Of a stretch of DNA of 64,000 bases, positions 58,846 to 64,000 are shown piece by piece. The translations under genes and the position numbers were made by a program. The notes under the pieces are model-generated. The model was given only the letters and a program-made list of their open reading frames with translations, had not been told where the DNA came from and made no database searches. The stretch's first letter is position 1; every line of letters begins with the position of its first letter. Source of the DNA: Candidatus Nanohaloarchaea archaeon (GTDB taxonomy: Archaea > Nanohalarchaeota > Nanosalinia > Nanosalinales > Nanosalinaceae); the NCBI GenBank assembly GCA_014297435.1, contig JACOQA010000001.1, positions 64,001 through 128,000 on the forward strand. The letters are read 5' to 3'.

Positions 58846-59478
58846 CTAGTAGTCGACAAGTGTTACTTCCTCGACTTCTTCGACTCCGCCCTCATCGCCT
58901 ATAGTCACTGAGTATGCTTTTCCTGTCTCCTCTCCCGCAGCGTTCAAGACCTCGGTTCCCAGAAGCGAGTTTTGACCAAAGTCTTCGTGTACGTGACCGT
59001 TCATCCACAATGCGGGACGTTCTTTCAGTATCATTTCACGGAACTGTTCGAAACCGATTCTTCGTCCTGAATGGATTCTGTCGCCTAGCTTGTGTGGAGG
59101 GTAGTGTGAACCTACTATGACTTTGTCGGCATCATGATCCTCCACGAGTTCTTCGAACTGTTGCTTAACGTCGTCAGGGAAGTCGCCGCCAATCAAGACC
59201 AGAAGGTACTTGTCGTCGATATCTGCTTCCAGAAAGTCGTATACTGGTACGTCGTCGCCTTGAATAAAGTCCTCGGAGAACATCATGTCTCTGTTTCCTG
59301 TTGTGCCTAGTCCAGGAATTTCTATCTCTTTGAATAGTTCTTCGGCGTAGTCTTCGTCCATGTAGTCGCCTAGGTTTAGGAAAAGATCGTATTCTCCGGA
59401 GTTTGCTTCTTCTATAGCTGCTTCTTTTAGGTCTTCCTTCGCGTGGAAGTCGCTGGTGACGAGGATTTTAAGCGCCAT
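58846..59478 (-). CDS. Calcineurin-like metallophosphoesterase
   Basis: SDFH, GD, GNRD, SHYPP, GHVHE. Confidence 0.9.
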   Translation of the reverse strand: MALKILVTSDFHAKEDLKEAAIEEANSGEYDLFLNLGDYMDEDYAEELFKEIEIPGLGTTGNRDMMFSEDFIQGDDVPVYDFLEADIDDKYLLVLIGGDFPDDVKQQFEELVEDHDADKVIVGSHYPPHKLGDRIHSGRRIGFEQFREMILKERPALWMNGHVHEDFGQNSLLGTEVLNAAGEETGKAYSVTIGDEGGVEEVEEVTLVDY

Positions 59479-59534
59479 AAAACTAAAGTTGAGCCAATAT
59501 TTTTAACTCCACTTCACGTCTCTTCGAACAGAGA

Positions 59535-60119
59535 ATGAAACAAAAATTCTTCCTCGAAAAGCTTCCCGAACGTTTTACGTGGCGTGAGTGCTATGAACTA
59601 TATCTTCTTGTTGAAGGAGAGCGACCGGGCGCGCTTGTGATGGATCCGGACTCGAAGGATGTAGAACTGCTTAAGGATTTCTCGCACAAATTCGGTCTTC
59701 ACTTCTCGGTCGAATCTTCCGACCGCGGTCTTTCGAAACAAGGTTTTTTCGCTTCCCGTGAAAAAGAAAGATTGGAGATTTTGAAATCTGAGGGAAGGTT
59801 TTACGGTCTTTCCGACCGTGCGGTAGGAAGGTTTCTGGGTTATCCGGAAACATCTATAGAATATTTCGAGGAGAATATAGGAGGGAAACCTATCGAACAA
59901 GAGGTTAGGGAAAAGCTATCTGAAATGATTGAAGACGAAAGTGTTGACAAGAAGGATGCTGAACTTCTCGAACTTGTCTGTTTCGTTCCAGCACCTACCA
60001 GGGAATCAGTGAATGAAGCTTTGAAGGTGGCTGAAAGCAGGAAAGAACGTTTGAATAAGAAAGAAACTGGAACGAAATTGTTAGAAAAACTGATGCAGAA
60101 CTGTATCTATAGCGTTTAG
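59535..60119 (+). CDS. Hypothetical protein
   Basis: 194-aa ORF with a G.FLGYP motif. Confidence 0.7.
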   Translation: MKQKFFLEKLPERFTWRECYELYLLVEGERPGALVMDPDSKDVELLKDFSHKFGLHFSVESSDRGLSKQGFFASREKERLEILKSEGRFYGLSDRAVGRFLGYPETSIEYFEENIGGKPIEQEVREKLSEMIEDESVDKKDAELLELVCFVPAPTRESVNEALKVAESRKERLNKKETGTKLLEKLMQNCIYSV

Positions 60120-60871
60120 TCGTCAGAACCAGCTTTGCTCTGGGTTTCGCTTTTGTCAATCTCTACCGATTCATCGAAGTAGTCTTCTTCGTAAACATCT
60201 CTCAACATTTTCATCCTCGCTAAATAATCGGTTTTGAGACCGGAATCTTCCAGAAAATCGTTCAGAGAGTCGCATTTATCTCTTATCTTACTTTTCGTTA
60301 CAGCGTACTCGCTTTCATGTAATTCTCCTGCTGTTGGAGCTTTCCCTGTTTCGTAAAGCCTTTCTCGTCCGATATGTTCGATTATGTCTTTACCATATTC
60401 TTTCCTGTTCGGCTCGAAGCCAGCCATTATCAGGGCGTTATTCATGTGTCCAAAGTATTCTTGGTAGGTCATTCGGCATCCTAGATCGTTATCTTTTAGA
60501 TATTCGCCGGTTGGTGTTCCGTTCGTTAGTTCGCCGACAGCTTTTAGGATACCCACAAGTTTCTGTCGATCCTGCCACTTACTATCCTGTTTCTCGAGTC
60601 TTTCCTCGAACTTTGAAAGCATTAAAGGCGGCGCGTGTCTTTCTACAGTATATTCATTTACTTTGGCGATTCTGCTGGTTTCCAGCAAGCCAAGTTTGTC
60701 CTCGTTTTCTCCCCAGAAAAGATGTTTCTGTTCTCCCTCTATTTCTACTTCTTTGAGTCTTTCAAGTGCTTCGAGCAGTTTGTCGTCTATCCCATCTTTC
60801 TGTATATCGAACTTTGCGACTAATTTGGCGTACTCGTCACCGATTTGGATATTAAACTTTTCTTTCGCCAC
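60116..60871 (-). CDS. Protein with homing-endonuclease-associated repeats
   Basis: PT..Y...........Y...FG..N.AL..AG.EPN and a second degenerate copy (KAPT...N.FL..SG); GTG start inferred. Confidence 0.65.
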   Translation of the reverse strand: MAKEKFNIQIGDEYAKLVAKFDIQKDGIDDKLLEALERLKEVEIEGEQKHLFWGENEDKLGLLETSRIAKVNEYTVERHAPPLMLSKFEERLEKQDSKWQDRQKLVGILKAVGELTNGTPTGEYLKDNDLGCRMTYQEYFGHMNNALIMAGFEPNRKEYGKDIIEHIGRERLYETGKAPTAGELHESEYAVTKSKIRDKCDSLNDFLEDSGLKTDYLARMKMLRDVYEEDYFDESVEIDKSETQSKAGSDD

Positions 60872-60911
60872 TTCCAGTAACGAGAACAGAAGATTTAATA
60901 CTTTTTGGTAG

Positions 60912-61235
60912 TTACTCTTCGCTGTGTTCGAGGGATTCCAGTCCATAACTCATAGTTGCGCCAGCTCTTACTTGTGCAGCTATCTGGATTGTGTGTGCGA
61001 TCTCTTCGTCTGTAGCTCCGTATTTGATAGCTTTCTGACCGTGCGTATGTACACAGTACTGGCATTGTGTGGCTGCAGCTGCTGCTAAACCTAACAGCTC
61101 TCTCGTTTTGTCGTCAAATACTGTCTCATCAGCGATTGAACTTTTCCAGTCCTTATAGTAGTCCATCATTTCTTCGGAGTTTTCTCTAAACTTCTTCGCC
61201 GCGTCCATGTGGTCCTGGTTGAATGGTGAACTCAT
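60912..61235 (-). CDS. Carboxymuconolactone decarboxylase / AhpD family protein
   Basis: D.KTRELL.LAAA...QCQYCV..H...A...GAT.EEI; start moved to MSSPFN. Confidence 0.9.
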   Translation of the reverse strand: MSSPFNQDHMDAAKKFRENSEEMMDYYKDWKSSIADETVFDDKTRELLGLAAAAATQCQYCVHTHGQKAIKYGATDEEIAHTIQIAAQVRAGATMSYGLESLEHSEE

Positions 61236-61432
61236 TGAAGAGGTGTGCGATCTCTTAGAATAAAAAGCAGTATCGAGCTGAACATCTTCGATAGAAAATC
61301 TAATTATTCTGTCGATAAACTGGTTCAAACGGGCTGATAATCTATTGACTACCAACCAGGAATGTGGTCAGGCTTTTTGAGATTATAAGGAGATTGAGTA
61401 ACAGCTTGTCTCGGAAAAACTAAAATTCTGGC

Positions 61433-61753
61433 TTATTCGATGGATATTCTGTAGTAAGCGGGTTTATGACCTTTTGATTTTCGGTCAGATACGTTTCCGC
61501 CTAGAGACCTCCCTTGATATTTTTTCTCTGGTTTTATTATCCATTCCCATCCTGGAATATCTCCCTCTTCCCTTGCATTCTCAAGCTGCTCTCTCAGATT
61601 TCTAGAAATCTTACGAAGGTCGCCTTTGATCTCTTCGGTCTCGGAGCCCTTGAGTTCACGGGAGAAAAGCTCGACCTTCAGAACAGGTCCTGACTGCTTC
61701 CTGACATTCTTAACGCCTTCGATCGTTCTTATACTCTTGATAAGCTCTTTCAT
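61433..61753 (-). CDS. Hypothetical protein downstream of tRNA-Ile
   Basis: Start moved to MKELIK because the listed ORF runs into the tRNA. Confidence 0.65.
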   Translation of the reverse strand: MKELIKSIRTIEGVKNVRKQSGPVLKVELFSRELKGSETEEIKGDLRKISRNLREQLENAREEGDIPGWEWIIKPEKKYQGRSLGGNVSDRKSKGHKPAYYRISIE

Positions 61754-61775
61754 AGGAACTGCTCTTCCAAAGAAT

Positions 61776-61926
61776 TGCTCCACCCGGGATTCGAACCCGG
61801 GACCGCCGCCTAACTTAAGACTCCAGCCGAGCTGGTAATCTAGGCAACGCACAGGCTTTCTCAAGCAACTGTTTTCTGTGCGAGGTCCGTATAAGGACGG
61901 TGCTCTAACCCCTGAGCTAGTGGAGC
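61776..61926 (-). tRNA. tRNA-Ile(UAU) with 78-nt intron (61812-61889) at 37/38
   Basis: GCTCCAC/GTGGAGC-A, CCGTC-CTTATA^A-GGCGG, BHB CTTA/TAAG with TA^C and TT^A bulges. Confidence 0.9.
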
Positions 61927-61932
61927 TGTTTA

Positions 61933-61965
61933 TGTAGTCGGCCGCTATCCGGCTCTCATCCTACA
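61933..61965 (-). ncRNA. Kink-turn hairpin / minimal C/D-like RNA in the tRNA-Ile leader
   Basis: TGTAG-GAT-GA-GA-GCCG-GATAG-CGGC-C-GA-CTACA. Confidence 0.55.
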
Positions 61966-62006
61966 GAATGGCTTGAGTCCTGTAATCTAAAAAAGGCTTC
62001 CGAAAT

Positions 62007-63356
62007 TCAGGTTCTGGAATAGAACTCTTTGGCTTTGAGAGGCTCTCCGTATTCTTCGATTATCGGCTGCAGCATGAGGTGCTGCCGGAACATTTCCCAG
62101 CTTGAGTGTGCGTCTGTTGAAGCCACATATTCCAGTCCGCCGTCCTTCGAACGAGAAGCTAGCTTTCTCGTAAACATTTCCGCATCTTCAGGTGCATAGA
62201 AATTTTCGGCATCTGAGAACTCCTTTCTTAGTTTGCCTAATATTCTTCCGTTAGCTTCTAGGGTCGCATCTGTTATCTCTGCAAAGTCCAATATATCATC
62301 CATATACTCTTCTCTTACATGATCGCGGGTTGAAGGGTTTGTAAGTATTAGATCCCAATGAGAATGGATGATCGGGGTGTCGGATGATTTTTGGTTTGAG
62401 GCGTACTCATGGAAATCGTCTTCTTCGGAGTACTTTGAATAGATCCCTTCAAGCCTTTCTAGCTCATTATCCTCCAGGTGAGATGTGTTATTCATCTCAA
62501 GTATCGCTCGCATGTAATCTGCCTGGTATCTTTCTACAGCTTCCTCGAGCTCTTCGTCTTCGAGGTGACTGAGGTCAGCTTTCCTTATGTACTGCGTTTG
62601 TTTATCATGCATGTTTTCTTGGATAAAACCTTCTGGGAGATTGTGGACACTTATTACGGCATGATCTAGATCATTTTCGTTCAGGAGTTTTTCTATTCCG
62701 TTGTCAAGCCAGCTCTCATAATCCTTCTCAATGCTCATGGTGGCGGGCTTAAGAGCTTCCTTCGGTGTCTGACCCAGGGTTGCAAGGTTTTCTTCTCCGG
62801 CAGCCTTTACTATAGAGTCTCTCGACAACTGTCTGATTGTGTCGTCAGGAACCTCACTGGTAGGTTCAGGAATTCCTATTTCAAGTGCGTCTCTGTAGTA
62901 TTCCCTTATCCCTTCTAGATATCCATCAAAGTCATTGAAATGTTCTTCCAGCTCTTCGTCTATATTGTTGCTGAAAAGAGCGATTGAATCATTCAGGTTC
63001 TTTAATTGATCTTCAAGGTTAGCGACCTCTCCATTCATGGCTATTTCATAAGCTTTATTTCCGTTAGAAGTGTAGAGTATGACTGCGTCGGCGTCTTTCC
63101 TGGAGTGGTCGGCTACTCCTATCTGGATACCCATTTTTTCCGCAGTCTCAATTATTTGCTTTATATTCTCGCCGTCGGAGTAACTTGAGTGAACATGGGG
63201 GTCGAACTCCCATTTTTCTGTATCAATATATTTATCCATAAGCTCTTCGAAGCTAGGTTGCTCCTTCCCAATGCTTTCTCTGGCATCTTGGGGTGCTGCC
63301 GTGAACTTGTTCTGACCGGATTCCCCCCATCTGTTAAAGAGACCAATAAGTGCCAT
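62007..63356 (-). CDS. PHP-domain phosphoesterase with large insertions
   Basis: DPHVHSSYSDG, ADHS, ISVH, SHWD, LEANG, STDAH. Confidence 0.8.
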   Translation of the reverse strand: MALIGLFNRWGESGQNKFTAAPQDARESIGKEQPSFEELMDKYIDTEKWEFDPHVHSSYSDGENIKQIIETAEKMGIQIGVADHSRKDADAVILYTSNGNKAYEIAMNGEVANLEDQLKNLNDSIALFSNNIDEELEEHFNDFDGYLEGIREYYRDALEIGIPEPTSEVPDDTIRQLSRDSIVKAAGEENLATLGQTPKEALKPATMSIEKDYESWLDNGIEKLLNENDLDHAVISVHNLPEGFIQENMHDKQTQYIRKADLSHLEDEELEEAVERYQADYMRAILEMNNTSHLEDNELERLEGIYSKYSEEDDFHEYASNQKSSDTPIIHSHWDLILTNPSTRDHVREEYMDDILDFAEITDATLEANGRILGKLRKEFSDAENFYAPEDAEMFTRKLASRSKDGGLEYVASTDAHSSWEMFRQHLMLQPIIEEYGEPLKAKEFYSRT

Positions 63357-63486
63357 GGTACACTATTGTGTAATTAAATACAATCAGATTGTTATACCTG
63401 ACTGTAACCATAAGGGGGTCCGGGACATCTTAATAAATCTTCCAAGGAAACCTCAAATTGTAACTTTTCTAGGTGAATACTAAACA

Positions 63487-64000
63487 ATGCAGATGACCAA
63501 CCAGCAACAGCAACAGTATGACCGCGGGATCACGACCTTCTCGCCCGACGGAAGACTCTTCCAAGTAGAATACGCAAAAGAAGCAGTTAAAAAGGGAGCG
63601 ACAGCTCTAGGACTAGTCTACGACGACGGCGTAGTTCTAGCAGCCACAAGAACAAACTCCAGACTAAAGGTGAGAAACCCGGAGAAAGTTTTCAAAGTGG
63701 ACGACCACGTAGGCGTAGTAAACTCCGGGCTTGTAGCCGACGGAAGAAAGCTAGTCGATGAATCAAGAGATGAAGCACAGAGATATCTTGCAACATACGA
63801 TGAAAACATTCCTGCCTCAGTACTCGCAAAATTCGTCGCCGACAGATGCCAACATTTCACACAGTATGGAGGAGTAAGACCGTACGGAATCTCCACGATT
63901 ACAGGCGGAATCAAAGACGGAGAGCCAAGAGTCTACCAGACCGATCCATCAGGAACACTCAACCAGTGGAACGCAGTAGCAATTGGCAAGGGAGGGAACG
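63487..64000 (+). CDS. psmA: Proteasome alpha subunit (truncated at the window end)
   Basis: YDRGITTFSPDGRLFQVEYAKEAV, SGLVADGR, TQYGGVRPYG, TDPSG. Confidence 0.96.
   Translation, partial: MQMTNQQQQQYDRGITTFSPDGRLFQVEYAKEAVKKGATALGLVYDDGVVLAATRTNSRLKVRNPEKVFKVDDHVGVVNSGLVADGRKLVDESRDEAQRYLATYDENIPASVLAKFVADRCQHFTQYGGVRPYGISTITGGIKDGEPRVYQTDPSGTLNQWNAVAIGKGGN

Noticed and set aside
61433-61864. 143-aa ORF as listed
   Set aside because: Its N-terminal part is read through the tRNA-Ile gene; start reassigned to 61753
1-64000. CRISPR arrays, IS elements, rRNA, inteins
   Set aside because: No spaced direct repeats, transposases, rRNA-like segments or intein-sized insertions found by eye

Overview
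Archaeal chromosome segment, most consistent with a DPANN nanohaloarchaeon (strongly acidic proteins, fused PriS-PriL primase, GatDE plus GluRS, dense gene packing; the taxonomy is inferred). Bases 1-21 kb carry a Tad-like type IV pilus system: ATPase, two TadB/C-type membrane proteins and 11 class III signal-peptide proteins in two apparently paralogous minor-pilin cassettes, separated by the thermosome and gatE/gatD genes. Bases 21-27 kb are an accessory block: two tail-fibre-like exported proteins, a phosphodiesterase, a PAPS-reductase/CysD-like enzyme, then tatA/tatC. The rest is mostly core information processing (rnj, gltX, XPB, rpoL, TFS, PCNA, primase, GINS, ribosomal proteins, aIF2a, aIF5B, psmA) with four tRNA genes, two of them intron-containing. 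The most notable signals are RNA-level: a box C/D guide in the tRNA-Met(CAU) intron that by the D+5 rule targets its own C34, a rare tRNA-Ile(UAU) with a kink-turn hairpin in its leader, a K-turn switch in the L7Ae 5' UTR and a candidate free-standing C/D sRNA. All calls come from reading motifs by eye; no database search was run.
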